A stretch of DNA of 64,000 nt from Verrucomicrobiota bacterium (GTDB lineage: Bacteria; Verrucomicrobiota; Verrucomicrobiia; Limisphaerales; UBA11320), in contig JACQFQ010000013.1 in NCBI GenBank assembly GCA_016199985.1, positions 5,756 to 69,755 of the forward strand, read 5' to 3'. Of this stretch, positions 1 to 15,000 are shown in pieces (position 1 is the first letter of the stretch; every line of letters starts with the position of its first letter). A model generated the notes under the pieces. It was not told the DNA's origin. It worked only from the letters and a program-made list of their open reading frames with translations, and searched no databases. The translations under genes were made by a program, and so were the position numbers.

Positions 1-3000
1 CCCGCAAAGCGCTTCGCGTACACCTGAGCCTTTCCAGAGGAGGCATCGGTCCACGCCACAACAGTCCCGCCCGCCGTCGTCAGCACGGTCGAGTGATCCG
101 CCGCGCCGGTTCCGCTGATGCCCCCGGCGTTGAGGGAGGTTCCCATCGCCACCCAACCTCCGTTGCCGGAGTTTGCGGCAGGGTCAAATCTGGCCACACG
201 GATGTCTCCGCTGCCGCCATTGAACTCAGTCCAGGAAACGATCGGCTGTCCGTCCGCGCCCAGCGTAATGCTGGGGGCGCGAGAAGCTCCGGGAGTTCCG
301 CTGATGCCGCCCAGTTCGGCGCTGCCGGCGACCTGCGCCCATGCGCCGCCCTGTCGTCGCGCGACATAGATTTCGAAGTTCCCGCTTCTGGCGTCGGCCC
401 AAGCGACCCATTGCGCCGAGGGACCCGCCACCAGCGAAGGCTCTGTTGCAACGCCGAACGCGCCGCTCAAGCCCGTGCCGCTCCCCGAGCCCTCAAGATC
501 CGTCCATCGACCGAGGAGATCCGGAGCGCCGGGCAGCGACAACACCGCCTCGCGATCGTTCGTCGCATTGCCCGGGACGAAAGGCATGGGCGGAACGAAC
601 GTGGACACAGGACCGACCGCCGCCGTGCCGGGATCAACGTAGCTCCCGGGTCCGCCCGGCGTGATCACATCATTGCCCGCCTCTCCGAAAAGAAAATCAT
701 TCCCACCGCCGCCGACCAACCGATCCGCCGCCCCCCCCGTTTCGTTCAGATTGGTTCCGAAATCGCCGTACAAATAATTGACGGCACTGTCGTCGCCGCT
801 CGCGTTTTGACGATACGCGTAGAGCGTGTCGGCGCCCGCGCCGCCGAGAACGAGGTCTTTGCCAAGACCCCCCTCGACCGTGTCGTCGCCCGCGCCCGCG
901 TCAAGGGTGTCGTCGCCCGCGTCGCCAAACAGGTTGTCGCCGCCTCCAAGGCCATAGATCCGATCGTTGCCGTTGCCGCCGTGGATCGTGTCGGGCCCCT
1001 CGGATCCATACATCAAGTCGCTGCCCTCGCCGCCGTCAATCGTCGCGCCGATGGAACCCTGCGCGATGAGAACGTCGTTGCCGTCCCCGCCGTTCAGAAT
1101 ATCGGCGCCGCCGCCGCCGTTGATGTAATCATCGCCGGCGCCGCCATTGATCGTGTTAACGCCCGGGCCGCCAAACACCACGTCGTTTCCGTCTCCAGCA
1201 TCGATCACATCCGCGTCCACGCTGATGTAGTCATCCCCCGCCAGGCCGAACACGCGGAACAGCCCGGAGCGGGATTGGAGGTTCAGGTTGATCTCGTCCC
1301 GATTTGCGCCGCCCGAAACATCGATGGTCGCGGCGGACAACTGTCCGAAAAGGATCACGCGGGCGCCGACGCCTGGGTGCGTGTCGCCGTAGGCGACACG
1401 GATGACAAGACCGGCCGTCGCCTGAATCAGCGTGTCGAGTTCCGAGTGGATGTCGGAGCGGGAAAGCAGGTTGACCGTGTTGCCGCGGATGCTCGCGCCC
1501 CGGGAGAGCGCTAAATTCTCAACCTCGAGAACAACGTCGGCCGTCGCGACCAGCGAGGCCGCCGGCTGCAGCACCACATCGGCCGTGGTTTTCACGCTGA
1601 CTCCATTCCCGGAGCCCTTCGCGTTCTCAGCGAGCAGAAGCCCGCGTGCCTGAATAAGCAGGCCCCCGGTCGCGGTCATGGAGCTTGCGATGCCGACGTA
1701 GACGTCGGCGGACGCCGTGAGGCCGATGTCCACGGCGGACAGCGAGTCGCGCGTTTCGATCACGATCGACGCGGCCTGTGCCGCGATATCGGCGGCGGCC
1801 TGAATCTGGGAAGCCGCGGCCAGGACAAATCGATCGATGGAAGTGAAGTGAGCCGCGTTGGCGCTCCATCGACCATTAATGCCGAGGAGCAGGTTCCTGC
1901 CCTGAACTTTCAGCAAGCCTCCCGCGTGAACGATGGCGTCGGGACCCACGCTAATGTCGTTGACGGCAATCAAGGTGGTCGCGCCTCCGTCGACGGACAC
2001 CGACTGGGCGGCCGCGATCGCGTCGCCCTGCAGCAGAACATCAGTGGTTCCCCGCACTGACACACCCGCGCCAAGCGTGAGGACGGCGGCCGCGGTGATG
2101 TGCGTCGACGCGCCGAAAGCCTTCGCATTGTCTCCCAAACCGACGGCGCGGCCCTGGATCGTCAGCGTCGTCCCCGCCTGCAGGAGGTCTCCGCTTCCTA
2201 GAACAATGTCCTTGGTCGCGGTCAGACTGATCGTTCCCCCGTTGAGCGAAACTCCGTTTGCCGCGCTTATCGCGTCGGCAAGGAGAGTGATGTCCGTGGT
2301 TCCTTGGGCGGAGTCCGAGGCTCCAAACGAAAGTTGCGCGATCGCGGTGACGCGGAAGGACGCCGAGACGATTTGCGCTCCGTCCCCGAAGGCGACATTC
2401 CTGCCCTCTACCTTGAAGAGCGCGGCCGCATGCCCCACAAGACCCGGGCCGAGCAGGATATCCCCCGGCGAAGTCAGGCTGACGTTGCCACCGTCAATGG
2501 AGACGGAGTTGTCGGCCGTGATCGAGTCGCCCTGGATAAGGATGGCTGCGGAGGCCTTCACTGAAGCCAACGCGAAGAGACGAAGATTGTCGCCCGCAAT
2601 CAGCGAAACGCTCTTGCCATTGATCTTCACGCCGGAAAGGACGGAGAGGTCGTCGCCGGTTTGCGGCGTCTCCCCGGCTGTCAGAACAATGGCGTCCAAG
2701 GAGACGACATCCTCTTGGACAGTGATCGGGCTGGCGGCGGTGATGACGATCGGCCCGTTCGCGTTGAGGCCAATGAGCGCGCTGGCGTTTCCGATCGTCA
2801 AGCCGCCCGCGTTCAACACCCAGATCCCGCCCGCGCCGCCACGGCCCTCCAACCTCGAAACACGGGATTGGATGGGATGAGCCGCTTCCCCGACTCCGCC
2901 GCCCGCGACGAGCACGGCGTAGCCCGCCAGGACGTCATCCGGCGCCGCCCCTTGATCGGCGTCGAGGATTCGCGCGACGCTCGTCAGCGTGACGCCTCCC

Positions 3001-6000
3001 GCTGTGGAGGTCGCTTGATCCAGGTTCAGATCGCCGGTGACCTCGGAAATATTGATGTCCTGAACGGCCGTGGCCTTGAGAAGAGTGGAGACAATATCCA
3101 GGGCATCGCCCGCGGCGCCGATCCCGCCGGCTTGCGCGACGAGGATGACATTCGCGCCGTTGACATCGCTGAGAGCGTCGCCCTTGCCGTCCACGATCGA
3201 GCCCGGCGCGGTGAGAGTGACATCGCTCGCTGTCGACGTGATCGTGCCCACCCGCAGGTCGCCGTCCGTCTCGATGATCGAGATCGGGCCGTTCGTGGAG
3301 ACGCTCACTTTGCCCGCGCTCCCGATGTTGCTGTTGCCGTTCACCACGATCCGAGTCGCGCCCGGTTTCGCAACCACATTGATATCCCCGTCCGCCTTCA
3401 CCAGGCCGAGATTGTAAACGCTGTCCAACGCCTGCCCGTTCACGCCGAACAACCCGAGATCGAGGCTCGGCTGCGAGTCGACTCCCAAAGGCCGGAAGTG
3501 GGAGATGACCGGAGTGCTCAGCGGAACAAGGGGCTCGGACACGATCGCCCCGTAATGCGCCACCGCGGTGATTGTGGTTTCACGTGTGGCGGCTTCCAGG
3601 GTGAAGTTCAGATCGCCCCCGGCGGCCATCGTATCCAGTTTCACGCTGAAGCTGGTCGCCGGCGCGACGTCCCGCAGCGTGGGGAAGAGATCCAGGGAAG
3701 CCTTGCCGCCGGCGGTGACAAAGAAACCCGTCGGATGTCCGGGGGTTTGGATGAGCTGAACGGGGATCGGAGCAATCGGAGTTCCGAGATTGCCCGCCGT
3801 CGCGTCCAGGCGAACCACGTTCGATCGGACGAGGGCCTGGGCCGAGGAGACAATCACGTCGCCGAGCGTGCTCGCAATGCGGGTCTCGCCGATGGGGTTG
3901 TTGATCACGCCCTGGAGGAAAAGGCGCGGCGAACCCGTGGAGGGTTGATTGCGGATCTCGACGAGGCTGGTCGCGAAGTCGTAGCCGATGGCAAACTGGA
4001 AGTTCGAGTCGTCCTGGACGGAGACGCCGACCGTTGGCGTGGCCTTGTTGAGCACGTCGATGCCATCAATCTCAAGATCCTTCTGGGAGTTGTTGATCAG
4101 GGTGACCTTCCCGAAGGTTTCGCGGAACGAGAAAGTGGAACGCGAGCCGATGATCGCGCCGGGGGGCTGGCCGGCCCGCGCGTTGATCTCGAACAGGACC
4201 GGCTGGGAGGCCGTGTTGTCGAGGCCGGTGACGATCACGCGCCCGGCGTTGTTCTGGTAGGCCACGAAGCGCGATGTCACATTGCCCGCGGCGTCGACAA
4301 TCAGCCGCGGGTTTCCAGCGAGAGCCGCGACGTCGGCGTCAAAGAGGATGGAGCGGGTCGGCGTCCACTCAAAGGGGTGATCCTCGCCCGACGCCAATGG
4401 AACGCCGAAGTAGTAATAGATGTAGGCCTGCCCGCTGGGCTGCACAATCGCGCGAACATTCAAGCCGCTGGAGGCGAGTTTCGCTCCCGCCTGGGCAACC
4501 ACTGTCGAGTCGGTGTCCAGCGCCAGATGATTGTAGGCCTTGCTGACCGAGAGCGCCTTTCCGTCCGCCACGGCCTCGGTGAGGGTCGAAAGGCCTTCAT
4601 GCTCGGCGGACACGGTGAGCGCGTCGTTTCCAGTGACCGCCGCTCCGCTGTCGATTTCCACCTTCGCGCGCGAGGTTATCAGGATCGAAGCGCGCCCATT
4701 CGTGTCCGCGATCACGCCGAACGCCCGCGCCTTGCCATGGGCTTCGATGGTTCCAGACGAGCCGAACACCGCCATCAGTCGGGCGTTGTTCTCCGCGTAG
4801 ACGGTCGCGCCGGAGCCGATGGTCACCTGAGTGATCTGGCGGGCCCCGCCGCCGCCGATCGTGTAGATGGCCTCCGCGTTGGGCGCGGTGGCGAAGCCGC
4901 CGCTGTCGCCTCCGTCGTCCAGGATGCCTCCGAAATGAACGGTGGCCAGCATGTCCAGATCGCCGCCCGCGACGACGCTCGCCCCGGACCCCACGTCGAC
5001 ATGAGTCGCGTGATTCATCATCACATTGGATGAGGAATTCACCCCCGAGAGAACGCCGCCTCCGACCGCGTAGGTGGTTGTGGTGGTGTAGAAGTGACTG
5101 TCGGCGTTCACGGAAATCTTCTGTCCCGCGGTGAGCCGGGCGAGCCGTCCCACCACGCCGCCGACATCCTGAAACATGTTGGTGGTCACATCCGCGTCGC
5201 CGTACGACACAAGGCCGCCGGCCGCGCTGCGCGCGGAGCCGCCCTCGTTCGCGTAGGAGGAAGCTGTGACCGACAGGTCGCCGCCCGCCTGGAGCGATGA
5301 ATTGTCGCCCACCTTGGCGAGGATACTTGCCACAGTGTCGGTGGAAACCAACGTCACGTAGCCGCCCGCCAGGGCGCCAGCGCTGCCTGAAGCGACCGCG
5401 GTGGAAAGGCCCGTGCCGCCCGGCTGCCCGATCACGCCCAGCAAGCCCCCTGCCCCAGCCAGGCGCTGCGCGGGGCCGCTGCCCGTCGACGTCAGATCGA
5501 TCGCCAAGTACTGGGTGCTTGTCAGCCCGACCGCGGACATCTCGATCCCGGCGGACCCCAGCGTGTGCGAGCCGGCCACATTCGTCGCGTCGATATTCAG
5601 CGCGGCGCCGCCCGGGGCCGCCTTCAACTGCAGATGGTTCGCGTCGACGACGTGAACGTAGTAGGTGCGACCCGACGACAAGCCTCCGATCGCGACCTCC
5701 TGGTACGCCGCCAGCGAGTAAGCGTTCGCCGATGTCGGTGCGGTGAGGTTGATGGCCTTCTTTGCCGCGGCGTCCGCCGGGGTGGCGGCGAGTTGAAAAG
5801 TGTTCGCGTCGACGCGGATGACGTAGTAGTCGGCGTTGTTCGCCAGTCCCCCGATCGCGGCGCCCGCGGCCTGGAAGGTGACGCGCTGTCCGTCGGCGAA
5901 GAGGTGATTCGAGATCGCGATGGTCTCCGACACATTGTTGACGTTGGAGGAGGCGAACGTTTTGGAAGCGGGCGCGCCATAAGTCACAGCCTGGTCCTCG

Positions 6001-9000
6001 GTGAAGCCGTGGGCGTTGAGAGTCACGACATCGGTCGCGCTGTTGACCGCGGACGCCGCAAACGACCGCGCCGCCGCCTGGGCCAGGGCCTTGGTGGCGT
6101 AAAGCTTGATCGTATAGGGGTCGATCACGCGGACAAAGTAGGCCGCGCCGAGCGACAAACCTGTGACTCCCGGCCCGCCGAGGTTGCCGAAGGTGACCCG
6201 CTGTCCGTCACGCAGGTTGTGGGCCGCGTCAAACCGGATCGTGTCGGAGACATCGTCCACGTTGGCGGCCTTGAACGTGGCGCCCAGCTTCAGAGCCGTG
6301 GGGCTCACGGTGATGACGGAGTAGCTGGTTTGATCAACGAGTCCCCCGATCGGGGATCCGCCCGAGCCCGTGAGATACGTGATGCGATCCCCGGTGGAGA
6401 GGCCGTGGTTCGCAGGCAGCGTGATCAGGTCCTGCGAAGTGGAGACGCTGCTCGCGTCGGCGTTGAATGTGCCGTCAAAGATCGTGACCTGCTCGTTGTG
6501 CTGGGCCCTCACATCGATGCCGCCGCCCGCGATGATGGCGTCGTTGGCCCCGACAGTGGCGCTCACGGTTGGGCTGTCGATGATGTGGCTCTCGGAAGCG
6601 CCGCCGGCGATCCCGACGGCGAGCGAGATGCCGTCGGAACTCGCGTCCGCCTCCGTGCGCGAGACCGCGTTGATCTTCACACCGCCCGCGACGTTGATGG
6701 ACGCGCTGTTCTGGACAGCCGCGCTGATATTCGGCTTGACGGTGGCTCGCGCGATCGACGCGTTTCCGCCGCCCAGGATGCCCCCGGCGGCCGCCTTGGC
6801 GCTGGCGCTGGCGATGTCCGATCCGATCGCGATGACGTTGAGGCCCCCGCCGCCCAGGCTCGCTGTCAACGCGCCCACATAAGCCTGGATGTTGCCGCTC
6901 GACTCGCTTGTGGTCGTGATCGCTCCTATTCCGGCGAGGCCGCCGATGTTCACCCCATCCGCGACGGCGTCCGAGGGATTCGAGGCCGCGGCGGTGATCG
7001 TCACCGCCCCGCTGCCCGCGCTCAGATGCGCCCCGGATCCGCCCGCATGGGCCAAAACACCGGGCTTCGATGTGGCGGTGGCGGACGCGCCGGCGATCGC
7101 GATGCCGAGGGATCCGCCGGACGAATGGGAATCAGCGTGCGCTCCGCGGCCAACGACAAGTGTGACGATGCCCGGAGAGCCCTCGGCGGCGTTGTGGAGG
7201 GCGCGAACGCGGATCGATCCCGCCGCCACGGCGTTCGACGCTCCGATGTAGCTCTCAATCGCCGGGGTCATGAGCGCGGTGGCGTCGCTGAACCCGATCT
7301 TGGCGCCCACGCCAAAGCTGACCGCCGTCGCGCCTCCGACGCTCGCCTTCGCGTTGGCCAGGGAAATCGCTCCCACGAGGATGTCCCTTCCCGCCGTGAG
7401 GTTACCACCGTCCCCGGCATAACCTTTCAACGAATCCCGGAAATCGGCTCGCGCGCTGTTGACGGCCACGGCGAAGACACCTCCGGTGACCGAGTTGGAC
7501 GTCGCGGTGGCCTCGCCGGAGCGAGTGGCCGTGATGGAGATGTCGACGCCCGCTCGCAGCGTGGCGCCGTCGAAGTGCGCTTGAGTGGTTCCTCCCAGCG
7601 TGACGCGAGTCACGCTCGCCCCCATCCCCACGCCGCCGATTCCGACGCCCGCGGCCTCCGCCTCCCCGATCGCCCCGACCGTCGCTGTCACGGACGCGTT
7701 GCCCCCGGCGGAGATGGCGGCCTGCGATCCGGTCGAGCTTGTCACGGAGGGCGAGAGCGTGACATTCGAGTCGGCTCCCGAGCCTGCGATGACGCCGCCC
7801 GATCCGGATAGCGCGCGGGCCCGGACTTTGCGTCCGTCCTGATCGTTGAGAGACGCTCTGAAAGTCACGCTCCCGGCAAGGGCGGTCGCGGTGGCCAGCT
7901 GCCCGAGGAACGCGGCGACCGTCGGACTCACGTTCACATCGGCGATGGAAGCCCCCAGAGCGAGGCCCGCGCCCAAAGCAACGCCGATGACTTCGCCGAG
8001 AACCTGGAGATGCGCCGTCGTGGCGACGTCGATGTCGGACGACACCGTCACATCCGCCCCGTCCCGAATCTCGGCGCGGACAACGGGACTGACCGTCATG
8101 AAGGCAAAGTTTGCCGTGGTGGCGCCGACGCCGCCGGAGCCCGCGATTGTTTGAGAATGAGCGTCGATCGTCGCGACGGCGGTCACGGACAGACGCCCCA
8201 CGGCGCCCGAGACCGATTGCCCTATCTGCGCGTCTTTGCCCACAAACGCGAGCGTGCTGCCTGTCGCGCTCAGCTTGATAAACGACGCGCCGATGCCGAC
8301 CGCTCCGGTGTTGGCGACGTCGGTTCGCGGTTGAAGGCTCTGCAGCCAGCTTGCGAGGACGGAGACGCTTTGAGCGGCGGTGATCGTCGCCCGGTCGCCG
8401 ATATAGGCTTGGACAACGCTGGAGTCGGAGAAGACCGCGACGGCCGCGCCCAAGCCCACAGCCCCGCCCGATCCGGAGAGCGTGGTGATGTTGGCGGTCT
8501 CATCCAGGCTTGAGGAGATGGTGATGTTCCTTCCCGCGGACAGCGTCCCGTCGGCATGAGCGCTTGCATTGGCGTTGATGCCCGTCACAGACACCGCGGC
8601 GCCAACTCCGACGAAGCCGCCGCCAAATCCGCCCACAAACATCGTCACCCGGAGAACCTCGACGGCGAGGACCTGGATGTCCTGCCCGGCGACGACCGTG
8701 GCGCCGGCGGCGATCGCCGCTTCCGTGCCGGGCGTGGCGGGCGCGGCATTGATGGCGTTGGCCAGCGCCTGCTGGCTCGGTCCATCGGAGTCGAGGCGGG
8801 CGGCGGCGTCGGATGTGATCGAGCCCACGCGCTCATTGGCTGAAGACGGACTGCGGGAGTAATCCTTGCGAGCGAGCGAATGCTGATCGCCGGCGCCCTT
8901 CGAGGTCAGGTTGATGGCCGTGCCCGAAGCGGCGTTCGCGGCGCTCGAGGCCAAGCGCGCCTTCCCCGGCGTGGCGCGATCCACGATCGCGTAGTAGGTC

Positions 9001-12000
9001 GCGCCGTCCGTCAAACCGCCGATCACGGCCGCGCCGGTTCCTCCCGCCTTGTACACCACCGCGTCGCCGGTGGCCCAGCCTTGGTCGCCGACGTCGATGG
9101 CATCCGCCGCGAGGTCGACTTTGGCGGCCGGATCAAAGGCGGCGGTCCCGTAGCCCCGCAGCAGTCCGGAAACCGCGCCCTGTCCCGCGCTGGCCTGGCG
9201 GGCGGTGTCAGAATCCGCGCCCGGGTTGAGATTGCCCTTGTCGTCCTTGCTCTGAAGCGCGTTCGCCGTCTTCCCGTTGTTGTCGGAGTAATTCTTCTCG
9301 ATTTTGGCCCCCACAGTCCAGGCGGCGACCGATGCGGTGAGACCCACGAAACCGCCCGCGGCGCTCACCGAGTACACCTTGAGATCCTGGATGCTCACCG
9401 CGGCCACGATGACATCCCGGGCCGCCGCCACCTTCGCGCCAGCGCGGACCGTGGCGTTGGTGTTGTTGTTCACGCTGCCCACGCTCACCGCGCCGCTCAC
9501 GCCTCCGGCCCCGCCGGCGCCGGCGCCAGAGGCGGCCTTGGCGTCGACGCGGTTCGACGCCGACACCACCACGCCCTGATTCGCGTTCGCGGCCGCGTTC
9601 CCTCCGGATTGATTCACTTGGGCGTTCGCGCCGATATAGCTCGTTGTGTTGGACGTGATCAGCGTCACGCCGACACCGCCTGACACTCCGACGAAGCCCG
9701 CGCCCGCGGCGATCGCCATGTGGAAGACGTCCTCGCTCGATTGCGCCTGCGCCACCAGTCCGTGGGAAGTGAAGGAGCCGAACGCTGTTCCCGAAGAGAG
9801 GGTGGTTCCGTTGAGAACTCCCGCGAGTCCGGCGCCATTGCCGCGGGCGTCGACGCGGGCGCCATCCACGACCGCCGCCGTCGTGGTCTTGTTGATCACC
9901 ATCACGCCCACCGATGCGCCGACGCCGACATATCCGGCGCCCAACCCTCCGGCGATCGCGTTGATCGTGCTGTCATCCGTCGCGAACACGAGGGCGTCCC
10001 CGCCGGCCGAGATCGTTCCGCCGAGCGACGCTGTCGTGGTGTTGTTCAAGGTGAACACATTCACGCCGCCGCCCACGCCCACAACGCCCGCGGCCACGCC
10101 GAACCCGAGGAGGACCACATCCTCTCTCGCGTGAGCGTGAACCAGCACATCATCCAGCGCGTTGACTGTCGCCCCCGCGAGAATCGCGGCAAGCGTGGTG
10201 TTGCTCAGCACGGAAACGTCCACGGCGGGGCTCACGCCCACCTCGCCGGCGGCGACTGTTCCGGCGACCGCAAGATGGTGGAAATCGTTCCCGGCTCCCA
10301 GCAGCACCGACTGCAGAGGACCTGCGGTCGATAGATCCTGATTCACTTGACCGCCGGCGCTGATGAAGGCCTGTGTCTTGGTGTTGACGACGTTGACGCC
10401 GGCCGAGACCGCGACGCCTACGGTGCCTCCGCCGATGCTGATGGTGATGGATCCGATGTTGTCGCTGTTGGTCGCGCTCAACGAAAGCCCGTGGAAGCCG
10501 GATTGAATTCCCGGCGTCGCCACATGGCGAGCGCTGGTGATAGGGCCGACATCGTCGTTCCCATCATTGTTCACGTCCGCGGAAGGCAATGAGGGAAGGC
10601 TGATCTCCCCTTGCGCCGCGAGCGCATGGATGTCCGCCGGGTCGCGAGAAATCGAGTTGACCTGGATGGCCTGAGGATGCGAGTTCGAATCCTTGGGATC
10701 GTAGGTCGGGGCGGAAACCAGGCCCGGGGTGAAGGCGCCGGTCCTCACATCGCGCCCGGCGGTGTTCCCGTCCGCGGTGACGAACGCGCCGACGCCGATG
10801 AACGCTTCCGTGAGCTTGTCACTGACGGTCACAGCGCCCGCCGCACCGATGCCGGCGGTTCCCGAAACAGCAAGAACGCCCACGATCGTGTTCAGCTTCG
10901 TGGCGTCGTTGGCCGATATGGCGATGTTGCCCTGCGCATGAATCTGGCCGGCGCCCGCGCTGGCGCCCGCGTCGTTCGGGTCGTTGCCAATGAACGCGCG
11001 GGTCTTGACGTTGAAAACATGCACTGACGCGTCCAGTCCAACGCTGGCGCTGCCGCTGGCGCTCAGTCCCGCGGCGACGGAAGTGATCTCCTCGGACGGA
11101 TTAGAATCAATGGCTATGTCGCCTTCGATGTTCGCGACGACGCCGGAGTCGATGTAGGCCTGCGTGGTCTTGTTGAACGTGGCGACATCGGCGCCGACTC
11201 CGACGCCCGCCGTGCCGCCAATCGCGATGGACCCGGCGACGGAGACCAAAGTGGTGGCGTCGGACGCCAGAATCGTCAGGCCTGGGGCGCCGGCCGCGGC
11301 CCCGCTGTCCAGGGAGAGAACGGCGCCCGGAGAAACAAAGGCCTGTGTGTTTTCGTTGAGGACATTGACGACCGCCGATCCGGCGATGCCCGCGGTGCTC
11401 GCGCCGCCGCCGGCGGCGGCCACCGTAATCAGCTCCTCGGTGGAAATGGCGACGGCGGAAAGCCCGTGGATTCCCCGCGACGCCACGGAGGCTCCGCGCC
11501 CGACGAAGGCGAGCACTGTGTCATTGTGGACAAGGCTGGTGTTGGCGGCGCCGATGCCTGCGCTGCTTGCAACGCCCACGGAGCCGGCGATCAGGGTGGC
11601 CTTGAAGTCGCCGCGCGCCTGAATGAGCAGATCGCCTCCAGCGCTCACCGTGGCGATGGCCGCGTTCACGCCATCCTCGAGATAGGCCTTGGTCGTCGTC
11701 GTGATCACCTGCACGGAGACCGACCCGGCGACTCCGGCGGAGCTGCCCAGTCCCAGGTTGGCGGAGACGGAGAGAATCTTTTCGGAGGATTCCGCCTTCA
11801 CCGTGATGTCGCCGCCCGCGCTGGCCACAACCCCGGCGGCGATATACGCGCGCGTGTCCTTCGTGAAGACGCTCAGCTCGAGCCCCGCGCCGACTCCCGC
11901 GCCGTCCCAGCTTCCGCCGATCGCTCCGGCGCCGCTGCGCGTGATCGTCGAGTCCGTCGCCTGAACGACGAGCCGTTGATTGGCATCGCCGCTCAGCCGC

Positions 12001-15000
12001 TGATTGATCCGCGCGTCCGCGACGACATAGGCCAGCGTGGCGAGGTTGAAAATGTTAATCGTCGCGGAGCCGGCGACGCCCGCGTTGCCGGAGCTGAGGC
12101 CCGCCCCCGCCGCAATCGACGTCAGGGGGACTTTGCCGACGTGAGGAATGTCAAAGTCGCTTGTGCCGATGCTCGCCTCCGCCTTCACCGTGAGCGTTCC
12201 CGTCGCGTCGACATTGGCCGCTCCGATGAAAGCTCGCTGGGTCTTGTTGATAATGTGCAGGGCGACGGCGGCGCCGACTCCAGCGCTCGAGGCTACGCCC
12301 GCGCCGCCCGCTATGCCCTGGAGGACCAAATCACATCGCGCGTTGACCATCAGGTCTCCGAAGACCTTCAGATCGGAGCCTTCACCAACGGAGGCCTCGG
12401 TTGTCGCGTTGACGACGCTGATCGCGGCGGATCCAGCAACGCCCGCGTCGCCGCGCCCGCCGGCGGCCGCCATGCCCCACGCGTCGAACTCATCCTGCTT
12501 GCCGACCGGGGTCACCGCTTCGACCGTCACGCCGCGCGCTTCAACAGTGGAATGCGGCGCAATCTGGGCCAGGTTTGAAACCTCATAGTAGTTGAGGCCC
12601 ACAGCCGCTCCGATGTTGTTGGACTCGGACAGGCTATAGGCGAGGCCGACGGACTCCGCCTTCCCTTCCGTTCGATTGACCGCGCTGATCACCAGCGAGC
12701 TGTTGTCGGACTTGACGTTCACGCCGCCGGCGATGGCGGCGGTGTTGTGAACGAAGACCACGTTGACGCTGATCGCGGCCGCCACCTCCACGCTGCTGCT
12801 GCTGGAGTTGGAGTTCTTGGAGGACTTGTCGTTCCCCGCCGTGGTTTGGTCGGCGACCTTGGGCAGATCCGTCGTTTGCCCGGTGTTTGCGTTCTGGGTG
12901 ACAGAGTCGTTCGCCGTGGAGTCGGCGTTCTTGCCGCCCTTGTCCTTGGACTTGCTGCCCTTGGCGCTGGCGTTGGCGAACTGATGGCTCGCAACGTCGG
13001 AGTGGGACGCAATCGTGATGGCGCCTGACGCATGCAGGTCTCGGGCGACCACAGCGGAGGCGTCCTCATGGACAACTCCCACGGCAACCGAGGCCCCAAC
13101 GGCCACCTTCTCGCCCGCGGCGTCCGCCTTGGCGGTGGATTGAACCAAGCTGCTGTGGTCCGCCTGGACGCGCACAAGGCCATTGTTCGCCGCTTGCGCG
13201 CCGGCGCCGGCGCGGGCCGTTGTGGTGTTATCGACGATGGACAATGCCACGGACGGCGAGATGGCGTCGCCGCCTTCGCTCCCCGCGTCGGTGGAGGTTG
13301 TGACCGTGTGGCGTCCCAAGGCGTCGAGCGTCACATCGCCTGGAGTTCCAGCCACCGCGACAGAATCGTCAAACTGGGCAAGCGCCACATGAGCAATCTT
13401 GTTGAGGGCGAACGAAGCTCCGACTCCCACATCACCGCCCGACGCCGTGCCGCTCGGCTTCGCGAGCGCGGAGCTCGCGGTTATCGATTCGGCGCGCAAG
13501 GCCAGAGCGCCCGACGCGCTCAGCGACAAACGCGAGCCGCTGATCGCCCGAGCCTCCGTGTCCGTGTTCACGATATTGACCGTGAGGGAGCCGGCGATCC
13601 CGACGTTGTCAGAACCCGCGCCGGAGACGGACTCCGCCGAGAAAGTGTGAACCCGGTCGCTGAGGGTGTGCGACGCGCCGGTCGCGCCCGCCTGAAGGTC
13701 AATCGCCTTGCCCGCCACGGCGTCCTCCTCGGTGGCGGCGAGCTTGATCTTCTCCGGCGCCATCTTGTGGGTCAGGGTATGCGCGCTGCCGGCTCCCCCG
13801 GTCTTCAGATCTATCGCTTTATCCGTTGCCGCGTTGGCCGCGCTCGAGGCGAGCTTGATTTTCTCGCTGTCGTTTGTCGTAACGACAAAGTACGACTTGC
13901 CGTCTTCCAGCCCGCCAATGCTCTTGCCGCCCCCGTTGCTGTAAACCACCTCATCGCCCTTCTTCCAGTCTGTGGCGCCGATCTTGATGGTGTCGTCCGT
14001 GTCGCTCACGACGTCCTTGCTGCCGCTGTCGAAGACCTTGGCGACATCCTTGATCACATAGTAAGTGGATCCATCGGCGAGCCCGCCGACGGCCGAGCCG
14101 CCTCCACTGGCGTAAACAACGGAATCGGCGGTGCGCCACTCGTTGGCGCCAACGAGGAGCGTGTCCTCCGTCGCGCTCAGCTTTGACGCGGGATCGAAGG
14201 TCGCCGTGCTCCGCGGCGCCATGTCGGCGGTCAGGGCGAGCCCGGCGACGCCCACGTTCACGCCCGCTCCGACGTAGGCCTTGTTGGAGAACCGGGCGAT
14301 ATTGACCGTGACGCCCAATCCGAGTCCAAAGCCGGAGCTGTTGCCGGAACTCGAGCTACTGCTCGAACTTCCGCCCTCCTGCTTGACCACGGCGCTGCCG
14401 TCCGCCTTGAGGAGCGTGTCGACATTTGCGCCGGAGTGGACCGCGAGAGCTCCGGCTGACGTGAAATCACTCAGAATGGCCGCTTCGGCCACGACATTGG
14501 AGATGTTCACGCTAATGGCGGCCGCAACGCCGACGGGGCCATCGCTGGTTTCTTGATCGGTTTTCTGGGAGTTCTGGGTGTCGGTGTCAGCCGGCGCCTT
14601 GCTTTTCAGGAAATCGCCATTCTTGTCCGTCTGCTTTTGCGACGTGTCCTTGTCGGCCGGCTGGGATTTCGATTCCCCCTTCACGCTGGCCTGGGTCGTG
14701 GTCTCCGAGCGGGATAATGCCCGGGCCTCCACCAGAGACGCCCCGGCGCCGGTGGTTGTGATGCTCCGCTCGAGGGTGGCCCGCGCGCGATCGCTGGAAA
14801 TGTTCAAGGCGATCGCCACGCCAATCCCCACCTTGTTTCCGGCCGCGGCGCCGTCGGCCGTCGTGAGGTAGGTCCCCTGATCCTCGTAAGCCTTCAAAAC
14901 GATCGCGCCGGTGAGCGCGGTCGGAAGGAGAGCCGCGCCGATGCGGGCCGTAGCGCGAGTATCGCCCAGATTCAATGCGATCGCGCCTCCCAGGCTGAAC